From assembly GCA_963777315.1 (NCBI GenBank), contig CAVZQC010000004.1:872231-936230 (forward strand): 64,000 bases of DNA, read 5' to 3'. Below, in pieces: positions 56,392 through 64,000 of this stretch. Origin of the DNA: Vulcanimicrobiota bacterium. Lineage in GTDB: Bacteria > Vulcanimicrobiota > Vulcanimicrobiia > Vulcanimicrobiales > Vulcanimicrobiaceae. Position 1 is the stretch's first letter, and each line of letters begins with the position of its first letter. Under the pieces are notes generated by a model. The model did not search any database and had not been told where the DNA came from. It saw only the letters and a list, made by a program, of their open reading frames with translations. A program made the position numbers and the translations under genes.

Positions 56392-57390
56392 GTGCGATCC
56401 CAGGCGCTCCCGTCCCGCAGTCTCCTCAAAGCCGGCATTGCTTTGGCCGCGGTCGTCGTGCTGGGAACGTTCGGGTACGCCAGACTCGAGGGGTGGACAT
56501 GGTTCGATGCTTTTTACGTGACGATCATGACGATCACGACGGTCGGATCCGCAGAACCTACGCCGTTGAATCCCGGCGGCAAGTGGCTGTCGATCGTGGT
56601 GGTCGCCGTCGGCTTCGGCGCGTTGACCTACACCGTACTGCACCTCATGGCGTACATGGTCGAAGGGCGGCTGGAAGACCTCGTCGGCGAACGGCGGCTA
56701 CGGCGAAAGATCGCTAAGATGCAAGACCACTACATCCTGTGTGGTTACGGACGCGTCGGGCGCGAGATCGCGCGCGCGTTTGTGGAAGAGCGAACGCCGT
56801 TCGTGGTGATCGACATCAATCAGGATTCGCTGGAACGAGCCGCCGGAGAGGGACACACCGTGGTCCAAGGCGATGCGGCTGAAAGCGGCACGTTGCGCAG
56901 CGCCCACGTCGAACGCGCGCTGGGCCTCGTCGCCGCGGTGGACAGCGATGAAAAGAACATTTACGTAACGCTTTCAGCTCGGATACTCAATCCGCAGCTG
57001 TTCATCGTTGCGCGCGCGAACCGCGATCACGCTGAAGAAAAATTGCGGCTAGCCGGCGCGAACCGCATCATCTCGCCCTACACGATCGGTGGCCGGCGCA
57101 TGGCCAGCCTGGCCATGCGCCCTACCGCCGTCGAGTTCGTCGACACGGTCCTGTCGGCCAGCAACAGTGAATTGCTGCTCGAGGATTTCTCCGTGGGAGA
57201 TAATTCAAAAGCGCGCGGCCGCACGCTGGGCGATCTGATATCGCACGAAAGCCCGATCATCGTACTGGCGTTAAAACGCGACGGGCGCATGACGTTTCAG
57301 CCCGCACGCGATATTGCCCTCAAGAGCGGCGATGAGCTCGTCGTCGCCGGACCCCCGGATGATATGCGCAACCTGGAGTCGAAAGTTTGA
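56392..57390 (+). CDS. 2-TM potassium channel with TrkA-N/TrkA-C (RCK) domains
   Basis: DAFYVTIMTITTVG pore helix, CGYGRVG, GDA, SARILNP, AGANRIISPY. Start uncertain (56341 or 56392). Confidence 0.88.
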   Translation: MRSQALPSRSLLKAGIALAAVVVLGTFGYARLEGWTWFDAFYVTIMTITTVGSAEPTPLNPGGKWLSIVVVAVGFGALTYTVLHLMAYMVEGRLEDLVGERRLRRKIAKMQDHYILCGYGRVGREIARAFVEERTPFVVIDINQDSLERAAGEGHTVVQGDAAESGTLRSAHVERALGLVAAVDSDEKNIYVTLSARILNPQLFIVARANRDHAEEKLRLAGANRIISPYTIGGRRMASLAMRPTAVEFVDTVLSASNSELLLEDFSVGDNSKARGRTLGDLISHESPIIVLALKRDGRMTFQPARDIALKSGDELVVAGPPDDMRNLESKV

Positions 57391-57413
57391 CCCGCTACGA
57401 AGGAGGACTCATC

Positions 57414-57920
57414 ATGAGAACGCTGCTTGGCCTAACTGTGCTGTCCGTGGCGCTCGGAGCGACGACCGGAGGCGCTATGGCCGTATCGCAATCGCATCAT
57501 CCGGTCAATGTAACGAGCTGTCGCCCCTCGCGCAACGTCATGCCTGCGCCCGGATTCGTGCCGGCGTATTATCCGCCCAACCTGTTTTACTGGAACACCG
57601 TGTACGGTTATCGCTATTACCAGCCGCGGATGAGGACTTCAAATCCCATGCTGGCCATCGATTACACCAACGAAACCGCCAAAACGATGAAGGAAATCGA
57701 ATTCGGATTGGTTGCCAACGGCTATTTGGTCGCCGAAGTAAAGGATGTCGGAACTTTTTCGCCGGGCGCCGAGATCAAGCATGAATTCGGCCTAAGCCGA
57801 GAGGTTTTTCCGTTACGAACCGCTCTTTCGCACTGCGTGCCCTTGAGAATAACGTACGACGACGGAACGAAATGGCGCAATCCGCAACTGCCGCGAATGC
57901 AGCACAAATTGGGCCAATAA
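57414..57920 (+). CDS. Secreted hypothetical protein
   Basis: AGGAGG RBS, signal peptide, two Cys, DVGTFSPG motif. Confidence 0.7.
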   Translation: MRTLLGLTVLSVALGATTGGAMAVSQSHHPVNVTSCRPSRNVMPAPGFVPAYYPPNLFYWNTVYGYRYYQPRMRTSNPMLAIDYTNETAKTMKEIEFGLVANGYLVAEVKDVGTFSPGAEIKHEFGLSREVFPLRTALSHCVPLRITYDDGTKWRNPQLPRMQHKLGQ

Positions 57921-57930
57921 CGCGAGCTTT

Positions 57931-58449
57931 TTAGCCTCGCGACGAAACGGGCGTCGCAGCGCTCATCGCATGCCCGAGCTTTTGATGCACGATGAACGCC
58001 GACGCCAATATCGCCGCGGTGGCAAATGCCAGAAAGCCTAGGCTCCATACGGTGGCGCCGTGGCTCGCGCCCGGAATGAAGTAGCGGATGGCGCCGCGCG
58101 CCACAAACGCTACCAGCCACACGACGACGATAAACGGAGAAGAGCGCACGACGTACACGCCGGCTCGCTCCGTCGATTGTACTTGGCTGTGACGGCCGCG
58201 AAGAATGCCGAGCGGAATGCCCAGCACCGCGCCGGCCGCTAGAATAGCGGCCACTTCCCACGCCGGCGCCGGCGCGGTGAATCGCTCGCCCCACACCGCA
58301 AGGGCGACGAACACTACGAGGATCGCGGGACGCACCCAAATGCGCGCGACGCTCACGCGCGCAGGACGCATCATGCGCCACACCAGCATCGCAATGACGA
58401 CGATGTAGATAAGCGCCGTCATGCCCAGTTGGTTGCCCGCGACGTTCAC
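57931..58449 (-). CDS. CcdC/DUF1453-like membrane protein
   Basis: Multi-TM ORF (WRMMRP..., GIPLGILRG) directly after rplL. Confidence 0.6.
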   Translation of the reverse strand: MNVAGNQLGMTALIYIVVIAMLVWRMMRPARVSVARIWVRPAILVVFVALAVWGERFTAPAPAWEVAAILAAGAVLGIPLGILRGRHSQVQSTERAGVYVVRSSPFIVVVWLVAFVARGAIRYFIPGASHGATVWSLGFLAFATAAILASAFIVHQKLGHAMSAATPVSSRG

Positions 58450-58452
58450 GGT

Positions 58453-58824
58453 CTACTTGATCTCAACCGTTGCGCCGGCTTCTTCCAGTTTCTTTTTGAC
58501 CGCCTCGGCTTCGTCTTTGCTCACGCCCTCTTTGACGGCCTTGGGCGCGCTTTCCACGAACGTCTTGGCTTCGGTCAAACCCAGGCTGGTGATCTCACGA
58601 ACCGCCTTGATGACCTTGATTTTCTCCGCTCCGGCCGCAGCCAGAACGACGTCGAACTCCGTCTTTTCCGCCGCGGGCGCTGCTGCGGCTGCGCCTGCCG
58701 GCGCGGCCAACGCTACCGGAGCCGCCGCGGATACGCCGTACTTGTCTTCCAGCTGTTTGACGAGATCGGCCAGTTCGAGCACGGTAAGCTTGTCGATCGA
58801 TTCGATGATTTCTGCAAGTGCCAT
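58453..58824 (-). CDS. rplL: 50S ribosomal protein L7/L12
   Basis: [35 protein letters not shown]. Confidence 0.98.
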   Translation of the reverse strand: MALAEIIESIDKLTVLELADLVKQLEDKYGVSAAAPVALAAPAGAAAAAPAAEKTEFDVVLAAAGAEKIKVIKAVREITSLGLTEAKTFVESAPKAVKEGVSKDEAEAVKKKLEEAGATVEIK

Positions 58825-58850
58825 AGTAGTTTGTCGTTGTCTCCTTTAAG

Positions 58851-59384
58851 CTAAGCGTTCGAAGCCGCGGCGTCTTTTTGCTCGCGGATGGCATTGAGCA
58901 CGCGGACGAGTCCGCTTTGATTGCCGGATAGCACGGTAACCAGACCGCGCAGGGGATTCGCGATTGCGCCGACCATTTTCGCGAGCAGTTGCTCGCGAGA
59001 AGGCAATGCGGCCAGCATACGGACTTGGGCTGCGTCGACGACGCGGCCTTCGATATACGCGGCCTTGACCTCGATCGGCTTGACGTCGTCTGAAAATTTC
59101 TGCAGCGCCTTTGCCGGTGCGACGGGATCGGTTCCCGCGAACACGATTGCCGTGGGCCCATGCAGAAACTGCTCGAGCTGCCGTGCGAGATCCTCGCCCG
59201 CGGCAAGCGAAAACAGCGTGTTCTTGGCGACCGAGTACGTGCTGCCGTCCTTGCGCAGTTCGCCGCGCAGACGCGTGATCTGCTCGACCGTCAGGCCGGA
59301 ATAGTTGGTGAAAAACAAGTTTCCCGACTGTGCGAGCCGCTCTTTGAGTTCGCCGACTGCAGTGCGTTTTTTAGCGGTTGGCAT
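58851..59384 (-). CDS. rplJ: 50S ribosomal protein L10
   Basis: MPTAKK, YSGLTV, VAKNTL, GPTAIVF, LPSREQLLA. Confidence 0.97.
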   Translation of the reverse strand: MPTAKKRTAVGELKERLAQSGNLFFTNYSGLTVEQITRLRGELRKDGSTYSVAKNTLFSLAAGEDLARQLEQFLHGPTAIVFAGTDPVAPAKALQKFSDDVKPIEVKAAYIEGRVVDAAQVRMLAALPSREQLLAKMVGAIANPLRGLVTVLSGNQSGLVRVLNAIREQKDAAASNA

Positions 59385-59394
59385 GAGGCTCCTA

Positions 59395-59532
59395 AAAAGC
59401 AGAAAAGCGCTCCATCCGTCCGGAGGAACGCTGCACGCATGCTCGCAAAAATAAAGCCTTACGTCGTTCGCGTCCTCGGTAGGCGTTCTTCGAACATTAC
59501 CTCGCTCGTGCCGAGCGAGACCCACGGTCTTT
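59395..59532 (-). promoter_or_regulatory. L10 leader-type autoregulatory RNA with a terminator-like hairpin
   Basis: Minus strand AAGACCGTGGG...TAA...CCTACCGAGG, then hairpin GCGTTCC...GGAGCGC-TTTT just before rplJ. Confidence 0.7.
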
Positions 59533-59621
59533 GGAGCCGCTCACCATCATAGCAGCGCAGCCGCCGCAGATGCAAGAGCCTGCTGCGCGCGAGCGCGCTT
59601 GCTGCCAACGAAAGGGCACCC

Positions 59622-60203
59622 ATGTCTGCTGCCGACGCCTTAGCAACGCTCATGGAAGGCAACGCGCGCTTTGCATCCGGGCAGCCGCGCTGCCGCCCGC
59701 TGCTGGGTCGCGTGCATGAGTTGGCCCGGGGGCAAGCGCCATTTGCGACGGTGCTCGGCTGCTCGGATTCGCGCGTACCGGTCGAAGCGGTGTTCGACTG
59801 CGAACCCGGCGACATCTTCGTCGTACGTCTGGCGGGCAATTTCGTCAGCGACGACGCGCTGGGGTCGATAGAGTACGCCACGGCGGTTCTCAAAGCGCCG
59901 CTGATTATGGTGCTCGGTCACACATCGTGCGGCGCGGTTTCCGCTGCAATCGACTTCGTCGATTCGGGCCAGACGTTTCCGGGCCACATTCAGTTGCTTG
60001 CGCAGGCCGTTGCGGCCGCCGCCCGCGAAAGCCGGCATCAGCCCGGCGACCGGCGGCACAACGCCGTCCTCGAGAACGTGCGCTTAAACGTCGAGCGATT
60101 GAAAACGGCAGTGCCCATCATTGCGAAGGCCGCCCACGCCGGCGAAGTTCAGATCGCCGGCGCCGTGTACGATTTGGCGACCGGCAAAGTGTCGCCCGTG
60201 TAA
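59622..60203 (+). CDS. Beta-class carbonic anhydrase
   Basis: LMEGNARF, GQAPFA, GCSDSRVP, GSIEYA, GHTSCGAV. Confidence 0.95.
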   Translation: MSAADALATLMEGNARFASGQPRCRPLLGRVHELARGQAPFATVLGCSDSRVPVEAVFDCEPGDIFVVRLAGNFVSDDALGSIEYATAVLKAPLIMVLGHTSCGAVSAAIDFVDSGQTFPGHIQLLAQAVAAAARESRHQPGDRRHNAVLENVRLNVERLKTAVPIIAKAAHAGEVQIAGAVYDLATGKVSPV

Positions 60204-60208
60204 GCCGC

Positions 60209-60910
60209 TTAAACGCGCGTCTTCACGCGGTTCGGATCCACTTTAACGCCCGGTCCCATCGTGCTGGCGAGCGTGATGCTCCGCAGGTACGTTCCTTTGG
60301 CTGCCGCGGGCTTCGCGCGTACGATCGCATCGAGCAGCGTGCCGACGTTTTCGGCCAGCGCCTCTTCGGCAAAACTCGCTTTGCCGACGATCGTGTGAAC
60401 GATGCCGGTTTTGTCCAACCGGTACTCGACCTTGCCCGCCTTGATGTCGCGAATGGCCGCACCGATGTTCGGAGAAACCGTTCCCGCCTTGGGGTTGGGC
60501 ATCTTTTGCGCCAGAATGCGGCCGAGCTGGGAGCCGACCGCACCCATCATGTCGGGCGTCGCGACCGCAACGTCGAAATCGGCAAACCCGCCCTTGACGC
60601 GATCGATGAGATCCTGTTCGCCGACCACGTCGGCGCCCGCAGCGTCGGCTTCTTTGGCTTTGTCGCCTTTGGCAAACGCAATCACGCGAACCGTCCGGCC
60701 GGTGCCGTGCGGCAGCAGCACCGTCCCGCGCACGTTTTGATCGCTCTTTTTGGGATCGACGCCCAGACGCACGTGTGCTTCAATCGTTTCGTCGAACTTC
60801 GCGCTCGCGTTCTTTTTGACGATCGAAACCGCTTGCGCCGCATCGAACAGTTGTTTTCCGTCGTAGGCGGTGGCCACGCTGCGAAAACGCTTGCCGTGAA
60901 CGCGCGCCAC
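60209..60910 (-). CDS. rplA: 50S ribosomal protein L1
   Basis: [33 protein letters not shown]. Confidence 0.98.
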   Translation of the reverse strand: MARVHGKRFRSVATAYDGKQLFDAAQAVSIVKKNASAKFDETIEAHVRLGVDPKKSDQNVRGTVLLPHGTGRTVRVIAFAKGDKAKEADAAGADVVGEQDLIDRVKGGFADFDVAVATPDMMGAVGSQLGRILAQKMPNPKAGTVSPNIGAAIRDIKAGKVEYRLDKTGIVHTIVGKASFAEEALAENVGTLLDAIVRAKPAAAKGTYLRSITLASTMGPGVKVDPNRVKTRV

Positions 60911-61335
60911 TATGCTTCCACCTCGACGCCCATCGAACGCGCCGTGCCGGCGACGATGCTCTTTGCCGCGGCGACGTCATTGGCGTTGATGTCCGGCATT
61001 TTGACCTTGGCGATTTCTTCGAGCTGCGCCTGGGTGAGCTTGCCAACCTTGTTGCGGTTGGGCTCTTTCGAACCCGAGTCGATCTTCAGCGCTTGTTTGA
61101 TCAGAAACGATGCCGGAGGCGTCTTGGTGATGAACGTAAACGTGCGATCTTCAAAGACGGTAATTTCCACCGGGATAATCATCCCCGCTTGCGATGCCGT
61201 GCGCTCGTTGTACTGCTTGCAAAAATCCATGATGTTCAAGCTGTACGGACCCAGCGCCGGGCCTATGGGGGGCGCCGGCGTTGCCTTGCCGGCCGGAATC
61301 TGCAGGCCGATTTTGCCTACGACTTTCTTTGCCAC
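60910..61335 (-). CDS. rplK: 50S ribosomal protein L11
   Basis: [28 protein letters not shown]. Confidence 0.98.
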   Translation of the reverse strand: MAKKVVGKIGLQIPAGKATPAPPIGPALGPYSLNIMDFCKQYNERTASQAGMIIPVEITVFEDRTFTFITKTPPASFLIKQALKIDSGSKEPNRNKVGKLTQAQLEEIAKVKMPDINANDVAAAKSIVAGTARSMGVEVEA

Positions 61336-61435
61336 TGTGTCGTTCCTTTCGTTCACGTCCCGCACGCAAACCGCGCGGGTTGCAACTGCCCCAAGCGATG
61401 AGCGCGCGATCGGGGTCGCTTCGCGCGCCTATCCG

Positions 61436-62179
61436 CTACACTTTTTCGATTTGGTAGAACTCCAACTCGACGGGCGTTTCACGCCCGAAGATAGAGATGA
61501 GCGCACGAACTTTTTCTTTCTCGGGCTGGATCTCGTCGACTATGCCCGTGAAATCGAAGAACGGCCCGGACGTGACTTTCACGCGGTCCCCCTTCTTGAA
61601 GTCGATCTTCAGTTTGGGCGTTTCGATGCCCATCTGCTTGAGGATCGTTTTCACTTCTTTGTCCTGCAGCGGAACGGGCTTTTCACCCGCCCCTGGGCTG
61701 CCGACGAAACCCGTAACGCCTGAGGTATTGCGCACGACGTACCAAGACTGGTCGTCCATGTCCATTTCGACCAGCACGTAACCGGGAAAAACCTTCTTGG
61801 GAGTGATCTTTCGTTTGCCTTCCTTGAACTCGACTTCGTCTTCCATCGGCACCAGGACGCGAAAGATCTTGTCCTGCATGTTCATCGAGTGGATGCGCCG
61901 CTCGAGGTTGGCCTTGACTTTGTTCTCGTAGCCCGAATAGGTGTGGATGACGAACCAGTGCTTGCGGTCGTCCTTGCCGCCGGCAGGGCGCGTCTGCTCG
62001 CGCTGTTCGAGCAGCTCGTCATCGGCCTGCGCCGAGCCTTCGAGTTGCTCTGCGACTTGGTCGGCCTCGGCCAAGTCGTTGCTGTGCGCGGATTCCGTCA
62101 GCGCTTGCGCTTCGGATTCCGAGGTTTCATGCGTGATCGTAAACTCGCCGCGGTCGTGTTCCAATGCAAAATCCGTCAT
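61436..62179 (-). CDS. nusG: Transcription termination/antitermination factor NusG with an acidic N-terminal extension
   Basis: WFVIHTYSGYENKVK, FPGYVLVEM, GVTGFVG, IFGRETPVEL. ATGA overlap with secE. Confidence 0.96.
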   Translation of the reverse strand: MTDFALEHDRGEFTITHETSESEAQALTESAHSNDLAEADQVAEQLEGSAQADDELLEQREQTRPAGGKDDRKHWFVIHTYSGYENKVKANLERRIHSMNMQDKIFRVLVPMEDEVEFKEGKRKITPKKVFPGYVLVEMDMDDQSWYVVRNTSGVTGFVGSPGAGEKPVPLQDKEVKTILKQMGIETPKLKIDFKKGDRVKVTSGPFFDFTGIVDEIQPEKEKVRALISIFGRETPVELEFYQIEKV

Positions 62180-62418
62180 GACGAAATCGGGGGATGCACC
62201 CAGGTGAAGATTTGGCCGAATATCCAATCGCACGCCCACGTAAACAAGCCGATGGCGACGACGAGCACCACCGTAAGGACGGTCGCCGACACCCACTCGT
62301 CGCGCGTCGGCCAGGTGACGCGGCGCAGCTCGAGCCAAACGCCGCGAATGAATTCCTGCGCGCTCTGATTGGCGAGTTTCCTTCGGGCATCCGGTGTGCT
62401 GCCGGGGGCCTTATTCAT
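62176..62418 (-). CDS. secE: Preprotein translocase subunit SecE
   Basis: ELRRVTWPTRDE plus one TM, located between tRNA-Trp and nusG. Confidence 0.93.
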   Translation of the reverse strand: MNKAPGSTPDARRKLANQSAQEFIRGVWLELRRVTWPTRDEWVSATVLTVVLVVAIGLFTWACDWIFGQIFTWVHPPISS

Positions 62419-62439
62419 CAAAGAGATTCTCCTGGAGAT

Positions 62440-62515
62440 TGGCAGGGCGGACAGGACTCGAACCTGCAACAACTCGTTTTGGAGACGAGGACTCTACCAA
62501 TTGAGCTACCGCCCT
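62440..62515 (-). tRNA. tRNA-Trp (CCA)
   Basis: AGGGCGG...CTCGT CT CCA AA ACGAG...GGTTCGAGTCC...CCGCCCT GCCA, 76-nt cloverleaf. Confidence 0.96.
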
Positions 62516-62524
62516 GTATGAGGG

Positions 62525-62689
62525 CTACTTGGTCTCGCGGTGCGGCTTGTGACAGCGGCAGAACCGGCAGTACTTGCTCAGCTCCAGGCGCTGCGAAGTT
62601 TTTTGCTTGTTCTTTTGCGTGTTGTAGTTGCGTCGCTTGCACTGCGTGCAAGCCATGACCACCATCACGCGATTTTCTTTCTTCGCCAC
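62525..62689 (-). CDS. rpmG: 50S ribosomal protein L33 (zinc-binding C+ form)
   Basis: Manual translation [54 protein letters not shown] (absent from the ORF track). Confidence 0.96.
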   Translation of the reverse strand: MAKKENRVMVVMACTQCKRRNYNTQKNKQKTSQRLELSKYCRFCRCHKPHRETK

Positions 62690-62842
62690 GTTCCTCTACC
62701 GCTACAACGTAAATAAAACGGACCCCAGGCCCGTTCGACGTGCCAGTATAGCACGGAGCGTCCGCGGCTTGCAACCGACCGTATCGGCATCGGCGCGAGG
62801 ATAACGGCACGAGGCCGCTTGCCTGGCTGCAGCCAGAGTAAA

Positions 62843-62916
62843 CGCGCCCGGGCGGAATCGAACCGCCAACCTCGGCCTTAGGAGTGCCTTGCTCTATCCG
62901 ATTGAGCTACGGGCGC
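62843..62916 (-). tRNA. tRNA-Arg (CCT), no encoded CCA
   Basis: GCGCCCG TAGCTCAATCGGATAGAGC...CT CCT AA...GGTTCGATTCC...CGGGCGC G. Weak anticodon stem. Confidence 0.85.
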
Positions 62917-62999
62917 ATGTGCGACACTTGCGCGCGGGTTCCCCGAACCCCTAGACCCTGCGCAGGCGTGCACTCCGCGAACGGTAAACGCTACACGCC

Positions 63000-63599
63000 A
63001 TGCCCGGCGGCGGATCGGATTTGCAAGCGCCAACGGCAGCAGCGGACTACGATCTGCTCGAGCGGCAGGTCACGGCACTGCTCGAGGGAGAGCGCGACTT
63101 TATCGCAAACGCGGCGAACTTCGCGGCGCTGCTCTACAACGCACTTCCCCTGGTGAACTGGGCCGGTTTTTACTTCCCGGATCCCGGCGGACTGGTCCTG
63201 GGCCCGTTCGGCGGAAAACCGGCTTGCACGCGTCTGCCCAAAGGACGCGGCGTGTGCGGTAAAGCGTTCGAGAGAGCAGAAACCGTGGTGGTCCACGACG
63301 TCAGCGCAGAGCCGGGCCACATCGCCTGCGATTCGGAATCACGCTCGGAATTGGTCGTGCCGCTGCTGCACGGTGATGCGATCTTCGGCGTCTTCGACCT
63401 CGACAGCCCGGTGCTTTCGCGCTTTACCCAACGCGATAAAACCGGCGTAGAGAGCTGGTCAACCGCTTCATGGAATGTGCGCGCTTCCCGGACGCATATC
63501 GCAAGGAACGCTCCGGTGCAGACCGCATCAACGATCGCATTGACGTCCAGACTTGCCGCGATCATCACGTCATGCTGCGATTTCTGCTCGACGATTTGA
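63000..63599 (+). CDS. msrC: GAF-domain free methionine-(R)-sulfoxide reductase-like protein; probably continues through a frameshift (~63452) into the next ORF
   Basis: NWAGFY, LGPFGGKPAC, GRGVCG, HIACDSESRSELVVPL, DLDSP. Confidence 0.8.
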   Translation: MPGGGSDLQAPTAAADYDLLERQVTALLEGERDFIANAANFAALLYNALPLVNWAGFYFPDPGGLVLGPFGGKPACTRLPKGRGVCGKAFERAETVVVHDVSAEPGHIACDSESRSELVVPLLHGDAIFGVFDLDSPVLSRFTQRDKTGVESWSTASWNVRASRTHIARNAPVQTASTIALTSRLAAIITSCCDFCSTI

Positions 63600-63940
63600 G
63601 TAAACCGCACGCCTCCGCCAAAGAGTCGCTGGCGCTGCTGCAGCGCTTTCACAACGTGCTGGTGGCGCACCTCAAGCTCGAAGACCAGTGGCTCTATCCG
63701 CGTCTGCTGCGCAGCGACAACGAAATCGTACGCGGTAAAGCCGAGCGTTACCAAAAAGACATGGGCGGCGTTCGGGATCACTTCCTGCAACTTTGGAAAC
63801 AGTGGTCGCGCCCGGAAGCCATCGCAGAGGACCGGGAAGGCTGGGCTCAAGAGTGGCAAGGCTTCGCACAAGGTCTTGAGCGCCGGATCGACATCGAAGA
63901 CGACGATTTGTACGTTGCCGCCGAAGCGGACCTGGGCTAG
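63470..63940 (+). CDS. Hemerythrin/HHE cation-binding domain (likely C-terminal half of a fusion)
   Basis: DHHVML, HLKLEDQWLYPRL, RRIDIEDDDLY. Confidence 0.75.
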   Translation: MECARFPDAYRKERSGADRINDRIDVQTCRDHHVMLRFLLDDLSKPHASAKESLALLQRFHNVLVAHLKLEDQWLYPRLLRSDNEIVRGKAERYQKDMGGVRDHFLQLWKQWSRPEAIAEDREGWAQEWQGFAQGLERRIDIEDDDLYVAAEADLG

Positions 63941-63954
63941 TCCGCCGAAAAAGC

Positions 63955-64000
63955 TGGAGCCGTTGACGGGGATTGAACCCGTGGCCTCATCCTTACCAAG
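63955..64000 (-). tRNA. tRNA-Thr (GGT), 3' part (truncated by the window edge)
   Basis: Reverse complement CTTGGTAAGGATGAGGCCACGGGTTCAATCCCCGTCAACGGCTCCA. Confidence 0.88.

Noticed and set aside
61336..61435. L1-binding leader or terminator between nusG and rplK
   Set aside because: GC-rich hairpins are present, but I could not match the L1-binding motif or a U-tract.
1..64000. CRISPR array, rRNA or prophage
   Set aside because: No regularly spaced direct repeats, no rRNA-like tract, and no phage structural or integrase genes seen.

Overview
GC-rich bacterial chromosomal window. The gene style loosely suggests a soil bacterium such as Ca. Eremiobacterota, but this is a low-confidence guess. 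From left to right it holds: (i) ggt fragment, OPT transporter, and a MacAB-type exporter with a two-component system; (ii) a stress-type carbohydrate/oxidoreductase operon (TPP enzyme, enolase-superfamily protein, FAD/Fe-S oxidoreductase, glucose-1-dehydrogenase-like SDR, six-hairpin glycosidase, TIM-barrel epimerase, MFS); (iii) a divergent actinobacterial-type bcc-aa3 respiratory cluster (qcrABC, ctaCDEFG); (iv) a tightly coupled 7-gene operon (35502->28476) built from lasso-peptide-like parts; (v) tsaD, a GNAT-PurN fusion, purM, pepA, and a SpoIIE/anti-sigma-kinase sensor; (vi) a bounded IS5-family element, a SWIM-SNF2 helicase, an orphan DNA methyltransferase and a K+ channel; (vii) the rpmG-tRNA(Trp)-secE-nusG-rplKA-rplJL cluster, interrupted by a carbonic anhydrase and not followed by rpoB, plus tRNA-Arg and a partial tRNA-Thr. 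Operon (iv) is the best candidate for an undescribed system. It encodes a PqqD/RRE protein with a precursor-like C-terminal tail, an HPr-kinase-like kinase, two GT2 glycosyltransferases, a lasso B2-type peptidase, a nucleotidyltransferase and a flippase-dehydrogenase fusion, but no lasso cyclase. It may make a phospho-glyco-peptide or peptide-primed glycan. At least five single-base frameshifts suggest read or assembly indel errors. All calls come from motif recognition by eye; no database searches were run.
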